Source: Pseudogymnoascus verrucosus (taxonomy: Eukaryota). From it: 64,000 nt of DNA. Shown piece by piece: positions 32,268-45,432 of this stretch. The stretch's first letter is position 1. Each line of letters opens with the position of its first letter. A model generated the notes under the pieces. The model had not been told where the DNA came from, ran no database searches, and was given only the letters and a program-made list of their open reading frames with translations. The stretch lies in the NCBI GenBank assembly GCA_001662655.1, contig KV460223.1; one strand, given 5' to 3'. The position numbers and the translations under genes were made by a program.

Positions 32268-33084
32268 GGTGTGGTGGTGGGGGTGGGGGCATGCGGTGGC
32301 TGGAGGCGGGCTTGCAGCTCGGTGTGGTGTTTAGGCAGGTGTATAGGGTGATGTTGGGGTGGTGGTAGGTTGTTGGAGTTGAGGGTGGGTTGTGATGGAT
32401 TTGAGGTGTTGTAGGTAGGTGGTAGCCTTGTGGGCGAGGCGGACGATAAATGTTAAAATATGGGGACTAGCTAGCCGCGAATATCGGCTTTGGCAGGACA
32501 GGGTTCATTTAGAGGTAACAATGGCCACATGTAAATGTAATATCTTTTATATCTTTTTATTGAAGATTTATCTTTGTGGTTATTTCCAATTGGCTATTCT
32601 GGAGCCCATATGATCAATAATGAGGCCAAGGTCACTACCAATACAATAAGTGCCAAACTCACACCACTCGACACTAGACCCGATAATAGCTTCAGGACGA
32701 CATCTCTAATATAAAATCATTGCTTCATTCTTCCCATATATGCTACGAAGGGTATATAATCCTGGCCACTACTTGACCACCCTCTCCCCTTAAAACAACG
32801 TCCAAGAGTATCGTCCCAATGTCCCCCGGGCACGACGGGATCCTCTATCCCCAGCCCGACACATCAACATAGTGATATATAAGGCATATTAGTTACCTAT
32901 GTTGCGTTCGCGCATTGCTCCTCCTCCCCACCAAACTCGATCAAATTGGCGAATTGAATTAAATCCGCCTCCATGGATTTTCGTCGAAACCGTTAAACTC
33001 TTTGTACAGAACCCCACCCCCACCGCCCAAAAACTCCTCGAATGCCAGATGATGCCAGATTAAGGTATAATTCTTGTTCTTTCT

Positions 33085-34285
33085 TTAAGGGTAGTTAACC
33101 GCTGGCATTGGCCAGTCGTCCTCGGTGATGCTCGACCAGAAGTACCAGATGGTGACGACAGAGAGCAGGGTGAATAGGGTCTCGAAGATGGCTCCGTCGA
33201 TCTTGCCGCTGGTTCCGTGGCAGATGTGGGTGCTCACGACGTAGTTGAAGATTTGTCCAAGAATGAAGAAGAGTGCGGCGGCTCCGAGGTAGATCATTGG
33301 CTTCCTCTCGCCAAGAACCCTCAGGACAAGGATGGTTTCCAAGATGAAGAAAACTGCCAGGAAGATGATGGGCGCGAGTTGGTAGAGCACGTAAAGCCCG
33401 ATGTTGCGGTTATTGCCGGTTAAGCTGCTGTCGAAGTGGCCGGTCCATCTGAAGCCAGTATCCAGGGCGATATAGCCCGTGCCGACAAGGAGAGCAACCG
33501 CTGAGCCGATGACTAGGCCAATGGACATGGGAGTGCCGTCGTCAATGATTTGATATCCGACGGCTGCGTTGAGCATGAGGATCCACGTCGTTGCAACGAT
33601 CATTCCCAGGTGTATCCCACTGAAGGCCTGTACAAGAATTAGTATGGTGAGTGAGACATTCAAAGAGGGCATTAGGAACGCACCAATCGGACTTTGTAGT
33701 TGAGAGGGAACACTCCGACAGTGAAGATTTCGCAGATCTCAATGATAATATAACCCAACAGAAACAGCTGCATCTCCCTGTAGTTAAGTTAGTACATGAA
33801 GATGGTACTCTATGATGCAATTCTTCATACCTTCGGCCGACGGCAGCTTGCTTCCTCTCAGACCTCCATAGCAGGTAACCGCTCACTAGAATAGCCAGGC
33901 CGCAAAGTATTATCGAGCCTGCAGCTGGTCAGTATAATGACCATATAATCGGTATCGGCGCGACTAACCAATATTGCCGAGGTGTTTCCCGTCTGGGAGG
34001 TTGATTCCGGTCAATTCGCATCCTCCGAATCCATTTTGATCATGTGTCGGAGAGAGGAGCTGTTACAAGCGTTAGTTACTTCGTCGCATTCATGCTGTGA
34101 TTGAGAGTCGGAGCACCGAGAGGTATACGTACATTGCAAACAGGAAGGGTCGAATCCCGACAGAAATTCTATTCACGGATGGTTAGCTTGTTATTCCCTC
34201 GGTGTCGCATAGCCATGGTCGTCGAGAGACCGTAGACCATCTGGATTGATCGTACATGGAAGTTTCCAAACTGCGTTGAGCCCAT
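33085..34285 (-). CDS. Chs7-family chitin synthase ER export chaperone (multi-exon, multi-pass membrane protein)
   Basis: Spliced MGSTQFGNFH|NFCRDSTLPVCN...KQAAVGRREMQLFLLGY...NAAVGYQIIDDGT...IC.GTSGKIDGAIFETLFTLLSVVTIWYFWSSITEDDW; possibly the filamentous-fungal Chs7 paralog. Confidence 0.88.
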
Positions 34286-36642
34286 AGCTGCGGTTTGCGC
34301 GAGTCGCGTCCTTTTCTCGGGGACTCGAGTCTAAATGCAGAGCAGGCGGTGTCGCTTCTGCCCTTTCGCGCGATGCGTTGTCGTCGCGATAGGCCGCCAA
34401 GAGGTATCCTTTGTTCCTTCCTTCGCCCCAATGTACCGCGATTGGCGAAGCGGTGAGGATTTGACGACGTTGATTTCGCAGCGGAGGAAATCAGATTGAT
34501 CTCAGTCGCCACGAAGAAGCAGCGAGTGTTTTCGAGGTTGATCAATTCAGGGTTGAAGTGCGGGAAGAGTGAAGTAATGTCCCCTGAAAATGTAGTTCCT
34601 GGTGCCCGTTCGGTTTCTGAGGTTACCAGCCTTTAAACGAGACAAGCGTGGTCGCGGTTTCTGACAGGCTAGGTTTCTGACTCGGGTTCCTGAATAGAGG
34701 TCACGGGCAACAAAGGATGAGGAATAATTAATTGCTATTTTGATAGCCGCTTGCAATTGTGGTTTTCTTTGTTACTCGAGTTAATTGCAAAGTGAAGCAG
34801 TGGAAGAAAGAGAAAGAGGATTGAATGGGATGCAAGTGAGGGAGGTATAGAGGGCTGAATCACGGCAGCGTACAGTACTGTACAGTGGACAATCTTACTT
34901 GGAGTTACGTAGGTGGCCAGGTGGCCAGTGGGAAGGAATAGGAATCAAGGCAGGGAAACTGGGGCGGTGCCGTTGAAAAATTGCTAAATTTACTAACCTC
35001 AACCTTGGTTTACCCTTCCTTCGTTTATCGGCTCTACGGGATTTGGTGGATGCCATCGTTCTCTTTCCCTTTTTCCACAGATTCTGTTTGAGGCACGACA
35101 TATTGACAAAATCGTGCATAGCAAAACTCCACTTGGCCAGTACTGGTGCTGTGGGCGTGCACATAGAGCTATGCGGTTATGCGGGAGATACGCATATGCA
35201 TGGAGAAAGTAAAATGAGCTTCACTTTCGCTTCGTTTCACGCGCTACGAGGACACTGCGAGTAGACGGATACGCGACTTGATTCGCTAATAGTGGGAATT
35301 GACGGATTTCACCCACAGGGGTCTTGAATGTCTGGGCAGAGTGAAGACCCGTGAAAGGCTGTGAGAGCCAGTGGAAGCCAACCCAGGGCCAGTTTACCAC
35401 CAGCCTAGCACCGGCCTAGCACCAGGCGCGAATAGCACAATTACACACAATTACAGTGTGGCACACACGGCAATCACAATCGCATCGCATCGCATCGTGT
35501 TGCGCCCTATCGTATAATCGTACAGTTGCCGTATGGAGACGGTATATGGTACTGCAACTTACTCCACATGCCATCTATCGGCCATTATCAGCCATTATCA
35601 GCCATCATCGTCGATGCCACATCCCACTAACCATACAAACAGTATAGCACAGAACCATTGCAGCACGACTATACTCACAGTAGTAATGGAGATGCAAGAT
35701 CGGATTTCCATCAACATTCACATGCCTTGGCTCGGCAAGTTGCCAAGGACATTTGTTTCTTAGGGGGTTCGAGTTCGAGAGGCCCTTGTTCCTTGTTACT
35801 TGTTTCTTCCGCTTATCTCGGAGAATCTACCCTCCAACTCCGTCCTTTTTTGCCGTTCCGTGCACGTGCTGATAACAACTCAAGATAAGACATCCGAACA
35901 TCGTGACTTCGTCATCTTTCCCTAACCCCTGTGCTAGCCGGCTGGTAGTGTTGAAGGACCACACTTTGAAGACGTCAGAGGCGCAGGAAAGAGGATCGTC
36001 TACGGAACACCTTGGAGTAATATCCACAGCCACCAAAAGGCGTCGTGTGCCATTCTTCATCCTACAGCTATTAAAAGTCTTTTTCTATTCTTGTGAAATC
36101 CTCAGCCCAATCAAACCACGTGAACGCTGTTCACAGCCTTGGGCTTGTCTTGGGGTGCATTTGGCACAGCTGGGCTTTCTCACCCCTTCTACTCCCGCTC
36201 TTTTCATGAACCTTCCTCCATCTTCAGTATATTACTGTATGGATTAGTATCTGCCTTGTAATTCGCTGCTTTCTGTCTACGATCACCCCACGATTGCCAC
36301 CACGCCTCTCCTTCCCTACTCGTTACGGCGCTACATGTGTAGATCCTCTCCACGCCAAGCTCCACTCTTCCCCATACTGTCAGTTCTGGGGGTGCAACTA
36401 AGGTAACAACTTCCACCTTTCGCCCAACACAGCACTCTAAAGCAAACCAGCTGACTTACTCACCGACGATAATCTTCCAACAGACCCCTTCATACTGCGC
36501 AGTTGTACAGTAGTCCACCCTTCCATCGCACCGCCATCCAAACAAGGCTGTCACGAGTATCGTGCACCGACTCCACGTTGTCTTCCTCCTAAGCCCATAT
36601 CCACCGGGAGGGGCTGCCGCCATCAGCTCCACAACCTTCACG

Positions 36643-39129
36643 ATTCCCTCTTCAAGCAGCACCCGCCGCCCGGCCAATATACCACTTCGAAACCTGCCTT
36701 CGGCAAGAAGCCGATCAGAGGAGCAGGACCAGTCTGCCTCCTTCCTCTCAGACGACGAGAAGCAGAGCGGGTTCTCTGCCTCTCCACGATCCGAATCGGC
36801 AGGCTCTGAATTCTCAGACTGGAGTGACACGGGTGACATTGGTGAACTGGGCACCGGCGAAGACGACCCTTTACGACGGCAACTCGGAGACTTCGACGCA
36901 GGCCGGGATACTGGCAGACGGAATCGAGGAGATAGGAGAGTGCGGTATCGACTCGACTCTGAACACGAAGATAAGCAACCTCGCCGTGGCCTCGTTAAGG
37001 AAGATATCAAGATCCCAACACCACCGCCGAGGCGAATATCTCGCGCCGAACAAGCGTTGGCAGCCATGATGTCGGGGGGAGAGCGTCAGATGCACGGCTT
37101 GACCGGCAAGCCACTGGTGTAAGACAACCGCGCATTGAAGCTGTACTATCATACTGATGTTACGCCAGGTATTTCACAAGCGTATTTGTATCATTGGGCG
37201 TGTTTCTTTTTGGGTACGATCAGGGAGTCATGTCCGGTATTATCACGTAAGTTCTTATCATATACCAACCATACTCAGTACTGATGAATTGCACAGAGGT
37301 CCTATTTTCCTGGATTATTTCCATAAGCCTAATGCTGCCGAGATTGGCACTATGGTTGCTATTTTAGAAGTGGGAGCTTTCATATCGTCATTGGTTGTTG
37401 GCCGTCTTGGTGATATCATCGGTCGAAGAAGAACTATTTTATATGGAAGTTTGATATTTGTGAGTTCCTTCTCCCTGCCAAATCCCCGATAGCGTCAGTG
37501 TCAAAATATCTGAAGCGGCAATTCGCAATATGCCAAGGAGTCATTGAAACCCACTACATAAATATCGGGTCCATTTACCAGAAACTAATGGTTATAATAG
37601 TTCGTTGGAGGGGCCCTACAGACGTTTGCAACAACTATGATGTTAATGATGTTGGGTAGAATCATAGCAGGAGTAGGAGTTGGCATGCTGTCGACTATCG
37701 TCCCAGTCTATCAGTCTGAGATTTCGCCTCCACATAACAGAGGCAAGCTAGCCTGTATCGAGTTCTCGGGGAACATCATTGGATATACCACATCGGTTTG
37801 GGTTGATTATTTCTGCAGCTATATTGACAACGACTACTCTTGGCGGATACCACTATCCATGCAGTGTGTAATGGGTGGCCTGCTCGCTATCGGAAGCTTA
37901 CTTATTGTTGAATCACCTCGGTATGTACTCAGGGCCTATATTTGAAAGTCAGGGGCTAACCACCATCACAGATGGCTACTTGATAATGATCATGATGAGG
38001 AAGGCATGGTTGTCATAGCCAACCTTTACGGAGAGGGAGACATCCACAACGTTAAGGCGAGGGAAGAATTCCGTGAAATCAAAATGAATGTCCTCATTCA
38101 GCGCCAAGAAGGTGAAAGATCATACTCAGAGATGTTCAAGAGATATCGGGCTCGTGTGTTCATCGCTATGTCTGCGCAGGCATTGGCTCAGCTAAACGGG
38201 ATCAATGTCATCTCATACTATGCGCCTCTGGTCTTCATATCCGCCGGCTGGATAGGGCGACAAGCCATCTTGATGACTGGCATCAACGGCATTACCTATT
38301 TCCTCTCCACGATCCCGCCATGGTACCTGGTTGATCGACTTGGAAGGCGGCCGATCTTATTGAGCGGCGCTATCATGATGGCGCTGTCGCTATCTGCCAT
38401 TGCATATTTCCTACACTTGGATATAAAAGCAACGCCAACTTTAGTGGTCGTATTCGTCATGATCTATAACGCGGCTTTTGGCTTTTCTTGGGGTCCGATT
38501 CCATGGCTGTATCCTCCCGAGATCTTGCCTCTCAGCATTCGCTCGAAGGGCGCCAGCTTGTCGACCGCAACTAACTGGTTTTTCAACTTCATCGTTGGGG
38601 AAATCACCCCAGTACTTCAAGAGACCATTGGGTGGAGGCTGTATCTTATGCATGCATTTTTCTGTGTCACCAGTTTCGTTGTTGGTTAGTTGTCTCCAAT
38701 TATCACACGACTCGCTGCTCCAGTACTAACACCGTTCAAACAGTTTACTTCATTTACCCCGAAACTCGTGGGGTTCGTCTAGAAGACATGAACTTGCTTT
38801 TCGGCGATGCTACATCCGCCATGCCGACTCCATCGGCAAGAGCAGAGACGGGCTCTTTGATGGGACGCGGTTCTCCTGTCCCATCAATGGATCTACGACG
38901 TGGGGTGGGGACAACGGCGGTAGAGAATGGGCTAGGCTCATCCTTGGCTATTCCGGGCCTGGACATTGATCCACCGAATGTCGATATTAGAGACGGCGTT
39001 CCACGATACACCGCAGACAGAGGCCGTGGCGAGGGAGTGGGAGGGTGGATCTCCCGGATGGTTGGCGGTTCAAGGTCTCGCGGAGACGCCAACAGTAAAT
39101 ACAAACCTTTAGAGCAGGACGAAGAGTAA
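36643..39129 (+). CDS. MFS sugar porter (hexose transporter-like), multi-exon; first AUG at 37066, candidate upstream AUU start at 36643
   Basis: HGLTGKPL|YFTSVFVSLGVFLFGYDQGVMSG, GDIIGRRRTI, GRIIAGVGVG, VPVYQSEISPPHNRG, ESPRWL, AQLNGINVISYYAP, VDRLGRRP, WGPIPWLYPPEILP and YPETRG are sugar-porter signatures. The start position is uncertain. Confidence 0.9.
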
Positions 39130-39852
39130 GTAGATGGGATATATCACATATAGAAACGGGGGTAGAAAGTACTGTATAGGAGGCCATGATAATTTCAATT
39201 GAGTTCAACATATAAGAACATCCTCACTTCGACTACAATCGCCTCTTATCTGGGTCATCGCAGGTAAGACGCGGCAGGAGTAATCCCGGATAGGAGACAT
39301 CGTGTACAATTAGTTATGCTGCACAAATGTAAAACAGAAACATTGATATTCAGTAGTTAGAGCCGCACATTATACACTGTATCAAAAAAGTCACAAACCA
39401 GCCCTGATAAGCTTTGCTTTTATTCAATATTGATATTCTCGTATAGCTGGCTATTATTGTTGCATTTTGACTGTGCGTGCGTGGAAATTGAAGACACCTG
39501 GCAGATGCACTAGGCTGGAATAGTCAGCCGCAAAAAGTGTACCCTCAAGCTGGATCCGGCCCAACACCGTATTTGAAGATCCAAGGAGTCAATCTGTGTC
39601 TCCCTTCCCTTCCCCGGCCCACGAAGGATGCTTGCTTCTGCAATCTAAGGATATTTTGTCTTTAGAGGCAGTGTTTTTTACTTTTCACTACTTTCGTTTA
39701 TTATACCATTTGAACCGTGTCCACTCGCGTCTCTCTTGTAGCCGACGGCTGAGCCTAGACGCGCAAGCCTTGTTCCGACGCGACACTTCCAAGGAAAGGG
39801 GGTTGAAGCAGAAAGGTCTGCTTCTGTTTTTAATCAACACACACACCGAAGC

Positions 39853-42271
39853 ATGGCTTCCAAAAATGCCGTCGTTGCCTCGGGCATTGAGCAGGATGGC
39901 CAGGCGGCCCGTCGCCGGGCTGCTCCTGGGGGATCAGCGGTCTCCGGGTCATCCCAGGGCCTAGATGAGGTCGATGACAAGAAACGCCAACCCGTAAAGG
40001 TGAGCTACTCCCAACGCATCTTCACTTCTCTATTGCTTCAGGATTGATGGCTAATATGTCTGGATTCTGTTAGAGCTCACCAACCTTACTCCAAACCCTC
40101 GACGAGTGGGAATTCATCATCGCACCGCTCATCTTCACGGCTTTGGCATTCTTCACACGTTTATACAAGATTGGCCTCTCGCCAATCGTTACTTGGGATG
40201 AAGCTCAGTAAGATATATCTTCATGATTGGAGGACCAGTTCCTAACAGTTTTTCCAGTTTCGGAAAGTTCGGCTCGCATTACCTCAAACGCGAATTCTAC
40301 TTCGATGTCCACCCCCCTCTGGGAAAGATGCTCGTGGGACTTTCGGGATACTTGGCTGGATACAATGGCTCATTCGAATTCAAATCTGGAGAGAGATACC
40401 CGGAGGAGTTGAACTACACGTTCATGCGTGCGTTCAATGCCTTCTTCGGTGCTGTCTGTATCCCTCTAGCCTACTTCACTGCCAGAGAGCTCAACTTCAA
40501 ACGACCAGCCGTGTGGTTCGTCACTCTTATGGTTCTCTGCGAAAACTCCTACACAACCATCAGCAGATTCATTCTTCTTGACTCTATGCTGCTGTGCTTC
40601 ACATTCACGACTGTTCTGTGCTGGGCCAGGTTCCACAGACTTCAGGACCAGAGCTTCAGCCTCGAGTGGTTCACATGGCTTGGATTGACTGGACTGAGCA
40701 TCGGCTGCGTGTGCAGTGTCAAGTGGGTTGGACTCTTTGGCACCGCCCTCGTTGGACTCTACACCATTGAAGACCTCTGGAACAAGTTCGGAAACTACAA
40801 GATGCCAAAGATTGAGCTAGCTGCCCACGTTGGCTCCAGAGTCGCTGGGTTGATTGTTCTTCCGTTCATCATCTACATGCTGTCATTCGCTGCCCACTTC
40901 ACCATCCTCGAGAACAGCGGCCCGGGAGATGCTCAGATGAGCTCCCTCTTCCAGGCCAACCTTCGCGGTACCGAGGTTGGAAAGGACAGCCCTCTCGAGA
41001 TTGCCTACGGATCCCGCGCAACCATTAAGAACATGGGATACGGTGGTGGACTTCTCCACTCCCACGTCCAGACATATCCAGAGGGCTCCGGACAACAACA
41101 GATCACCTGTTACCACCACAAGGATTCCAACAACGAGTGGTTCTTCTACCCCAACCGCGCCGAGCCCGAGTACGACGGAGAGGGACCACCAAAGTTCGTT
41201 GCCCACGGCGATGTTCTCCGTCTGATCCACGCCCAAACTGGCCGCAACCTCCACTCGCACGATGTCTCTGCCCCAATCACCAAGGTCGATAAGGAGGTCT
41301 CGTGTTACGGCAACACTACCATCGGCGATGAGAAGGATCACTTCACCATTGAGGTTGTCAAGGATGTCTCCTCCAACACCGACAAGACAAAGATCCGAAC
41401 CCTTACCACTGCATTCAGACTTAAGCATACTTCTCTTGGATGCTACCTGCGTGCCGGCAATGTTAACCTGCCTCAGTGGGGTTTCAAGCAAATCGAAGTC
41501 ACATGCACCAAGGCCAACAACCCCAAGGATACCTTCACCCACTGGAACGTGGAGGCTCACTGGAATAGCAAGCGTAAGTTATCCTCTCTGCGTTTATTTG
41601 GTAAACCTGACTAATAACAACTAATAGTACCTGCTGCTGATGCCAATGCGTACAAATCGCCCTTCTTCCAAGACTTCATCCATCTCAACGTCGCAATGGC
41701 AACTTCCAACAACGCTCTTGTGCCTGATCCTGATAAGCAGGATGACCTTGCCTCGCACTTCTGGCAATGGCCTATCCTAAACGTCGGTCTACGTATGTGC
41801 GGCTGGGACGATTCAATCGTCAAGTACTTCCTCCTCGGCAACCCAATTGTCTACTGGGGATCCACCGCATCTCTCGGCCTACTTGGACTTATTGTCGTAT
41901 GGTATCTCATCCGCTGGCAGCGCGGCTACAACGATCTCAAGCAGTCGGAGATCGACCAAATCCACTACGCCGGTATTTACCCAGTGATCGGATGGTTCCT
42001 CCACTACTTCCCATTCGTCGCAATGGCCAGAGTCACCTACGTCCACCACTACTACCCCGCGCTGTACTTCGCCATTCTCACCTTCGGTTTCTGCGCCGAT
42101 TGGATGCTCAGGAGAAGGGCCAAGGAGGTCCAGTTCGCCGTTTACGGAATCCTTTACACCGCGGTTATCGGTCTCTACATCCTCTTCATGCCCATCTCCT
42201 GGGGAATGGTCGGGCCTAACCGCCAGTACAGTTACCTGAAGTGGTTCCAGAAGTGGAGAGTTTCTGATTAG
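39853..42271 (+). CDS. PMT2: Dolichyl-phosphate-mannose:protein O-mannosyltransferase, PMT2 subfamily (4 exons)
   Basis: VTWDEAH|FGKFGSHYLKREFYFDVHPPLGKML, SRFILLDS, SVKWVGLF, ENSGPGDAQMSSLFQA, MIR domains (GGLLHSHVQTYP, GRNLHSH), RVTYVHHYYPAL. Confidence 0.96.
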
Positions 42272-42327
42272 ATGATTCCTCCACTTCGAGGAGAGTTTCC
42301 GATTAGATGATTCCTCCTCTTCGAGGA
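42255..42327 (+). repeat. 35-bp tandem duplication spanning the PMT2 stop codon
   Basis: GGAGAGTTTCTGATTAGATGATTCCTCCACTTCGA (42255-42289) is followed by GGAGAGTTTCCGATTAGATGATTCCTCCTCTTCGA (42290-42324), 2 mismatches. Confidence 0.9.
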
Positions 42328-42736
42328 TAATCTGATGATTAAACGAATGATTAAGAAAGGCCTTCTAGGTCGGAGCGTAAGGGTTGGCTGGCACATGCGA
42401 TAAAAATCTCACTCATCAACTGCATTTTTCCTTTGTTTTGTCTCGGCGGGGTGTGGGATAGGGATAGGTGGGTGTACGATGTTGTAGGGCCTGTATGGCA
42501 GAATAGCCTCATGAAATCATTTCAGGCGATAATGCAATTAATAGTACATACAATTACAAAAAGCGTAGCGTTTTTTCTCTGCAGCTTTTATCAAATCCTA
42601 ATTATTGAATCGAATAACCAAATGCTTCCAGGAGTATCTTTATGCTTCCAACCAGAACATGAAACGCCGTTATACAGCCCAACATCACTTCCTCAACTAA
42701 TCCCATTAAATCCCCTCCCTATCCCATTACATCCCA

Positions 42737-43555
42737 TCAACAACACCCCCCCGCCGCCGCCTTCCCCGACTCCCCCCCAAACTTCACCCTCCCCTGCTGC
42801 CCCGTTCCCGGCCCCTTAACCCCCGACCGCCTATCATACAAATCATACTTCCCCGCCTCAATATTCTCATAAATCCTCTCCGCCACCCTCGCAAACGCCC
42901 TCTCCACGCCCTCCCCACTCTTCGCACTCGTCTCCACATACTCCAGCACCCCATTCTTCGCCGCCCACTCCTCCGCCTCCGCTACCGTCACTTCGCGCTT
43001 ATTCTCCTCGCCCGCAGCGAGGTCGGATTTGTTCCCCACTAACACGACTACGATGTCCGTCTCGGCGATCGCGCGGAGGTCAGCTAGCCAGTCCTGGACG
43101 TGCGCGAATGTCGGACGGCGCGAGATGTCGAAGACTAGCAGCGCGCCCGAGGCGCCCCGGAAATAGGAGCGGGTGACGGATTTATAGGTTTCCTGCCCCG
43201 CGGTATCCCATAAACTCAGCTTCATATGTTTCTGCACCACCGGTTTCGACTTTGCGTTCGTGACCGGCGGCGTCGGCAGCCCCGGCGGTTCGGGACTAGG
43301 TTCCGTTCCATCTGGGGCATCTGTATCTGCGTCGGCTGGGGGGTTGCTGGAGGGCTGACTTGAGAGGGTCGGTTTGGGAGGGGCGATGTAGTTGGGTGGG
43401 CCGACGGGGACGATGCGCGAGCCGAATTCGACGCCGATTGTTACGTCGTGGTGGGGGGAGAAGCGGCCTTCGCAGAGGCGGATGACGAGGGAGGATTTGC
43501 CGGTGCCGGAGTCGCCGATGCAGACGAGCTTGGCGATGTAGTCCCAGGATGACAT
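42737..43555 (-). CDS. Rab GTPase of the fungal Rab2/Rab4-like group, with Pro-rich insert
   Basis: GDSGTGKSS, TIGVEFG, WDTAGQE, VTRSYFRGA, GNKSD, ETSAK and C-terminal GGCC prenylation motif. Confidence 0.95.
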   Translation of the reverse strand: MSSWDYIAKLVCIGDSGTGKSSLVIRLCEGRFSPHHDVTIGVEFGSRIVPVGPPNYIAPPKPTLSSQPSSNPPADADTDAPDGTEPSPEPPGLPTPPVTNAKSKPVVQKHMKLSLWDTAGQETYKSVTRSYFRGASGALLVFDISRRPTFAHVQDWLADLRAIAETDIVVVLVGNKSDLAAGEENKREVTVAEAEEWAAKNGVLEYVETSAKSGEGVERAFARVAERIYENIEAGKYDLYDRRSGVKGPGTGQQGRVKFGGESGKAAAGGCC

Positions 43556-44179
43556 TGGGGTGGTGAGGTGGTGAGGTGGTGAGGTGGTGGTGAAGGGGGT
43601 GAGAGGGGTGTGAGGTTCGAGCTCGGGGGTTGGCTTTGAGCCTGGGAGAGCTTGGGGAGCTCTTGGTGCTGGGTGAGACGGCGGGATGATGGGTTTGTAG
43701 ATAGGGGCGTTCGGTTTTGAAAATAGGAGCGTTGGGCAACCAGCTTTGGGGGTTGTTGTTTGTTTGTCGATAAATATACTGGTTGAGCTGGGGAGATTGG
43801 ATTATTTGGGTCAGGAGCTTTGTTAAAGTAGAGCCTGGATGGCCCCAAGGTTGTGGCGGGATCTACGTCACGCGGCGGCGGAGCTCAAGGGACAGGGTAG
43901 CACACTAGGCTCGACATGGTAGCTTGTCGTACCGGGTACATTCTTCCCAGGGAATGGCTTTATGAGGTGGAATTGTATTGATATTGTAGTATAATAGTAT
44001 TGGTTTGACTATTCTAGTATATATATGTGTGCTCTATATAAATAAGTCGATATCAAAGTTGGCTTCTGATGGTTGTTTTATTTGCTGCAGGCTGTCTAAA
44101 TATATTGCCGAAAGAATCAATTTAGCTATTATTATAGAATATGTGCCACAGTCCAAATAGCTCTATATAGACAGTCTAC

Positions 44180-45432
44180 TTACAAACCAGCGGCCTTCAG
44201 CGACTTAACCAAGTCCACAACGCTCTCCTCGATGGTCCTGAACTTGATATCAAGGAGCTTAACCGTACGGCTGTTATCATACTTGTGCAGGGACTCGGTA
44301 GAACCGTTAGGATAATCTCCATCACCTGGCGCATCCGCTGCGGGCAAGTTGTCCTTGTACTCAGGGAAGTTGTTCCTAATAGCATCTGCAATCTCCTTGT
44401 TCGAGAAGTACCCAGCGGTAGCGAAGAAACGCTTGCCCTGTGCCTCTGGGACCTCAATCTGCCTCACGTGGACGAGAGCCAGGTCGCGGACGTCGATCCA
44501 CAGGTAGACGCCGGAGTTTGGCAGACCGTTCTTGGCCTTGCCCTGGGCGAAGTCACGGATGCGCTGGTTGGATGTGTTCAGCGAGTCCAGGGTGTTGAGG
44601 TAGTGGACGACTGGCCCGAAGACCATGGGGGGGTTGACGGTGCTGATTGTGAAGTTGGGCTTCTCGTCACGGACGAAGTCCCATGCTGCCCTCTCTGCGA
44701 AGGTCTTGCTGGCTGTGAAACTATTAGTTTTGTTGACTTCTAGAAAACTGGTAGAATGTAATACCTCGGTAACCCTCTGCTGGGTTGATAAGGGCTTGCT
44801 CTTCTGTGATCGGGTTCCAGTCCTCCTCGGTATAGGTGTGTTCGGGCCAGTTAGGAAGCTTGGCTCCGTTGAGAATGGCAGCGAAGGATGACGTGATAAC
44901 CACATGCTTGACTGACGGGGCACTCTTCTTGATGGCCTTCAGGATGCCTATGGGCGGGGTTTAGTGCTTCTACGCATGGTAATGAGAGGGGATTCTGAAC
45001 GCACCTGTTGTTCCATTGATGGCGGGGTCAAGGAGGTCCTTCTTGGTGTCTGTGATGTTGAAGTGGAACTATGGAATATTGAGCACGTGGAGAAAATGGC
45101 ACTGGGCGTGCAACTTACTGGAGACGCAGTGTGGATGACACTCTCAAACGGCGGGTCGGAGATCACAGCCTTGTCGAATGCACCTTCCTGGGCAATGTCC
45201 TCGACGATGGCAAAGTCGAGCTTATCCTTGCCGAGATCTGGGTATGCCTGCTTAATCTTGTCGGCCTTCTCTTGGGAGCGAACAGTTGTCACCACAGAGT
45301 GCCCCCGGGTAAGGAGAGACTCCAGAACGTGGGCAGCGATAAAGCCGCTGCCGCCTTGGTGGGGTTAGCCGGTGCCGATGCCACTTATGATAGATGTGTT
45401 ATCAGCTCACCTGTGAGAAGTACGCGTGTCAT
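44180..45432 (-). CDS. NADPH-dependent aldehyde/methylglyoxal reductase (GRE2-like extended SDR), multi-exon
   Basis: MTRVLLTG|GSGFIAAH, VIHTASP, VVITSSFAAI, GYR|ASKTFAERAAW (YxxxK), NPPMVFGP, WIDVRDLA..H. Confidence 0.9.
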
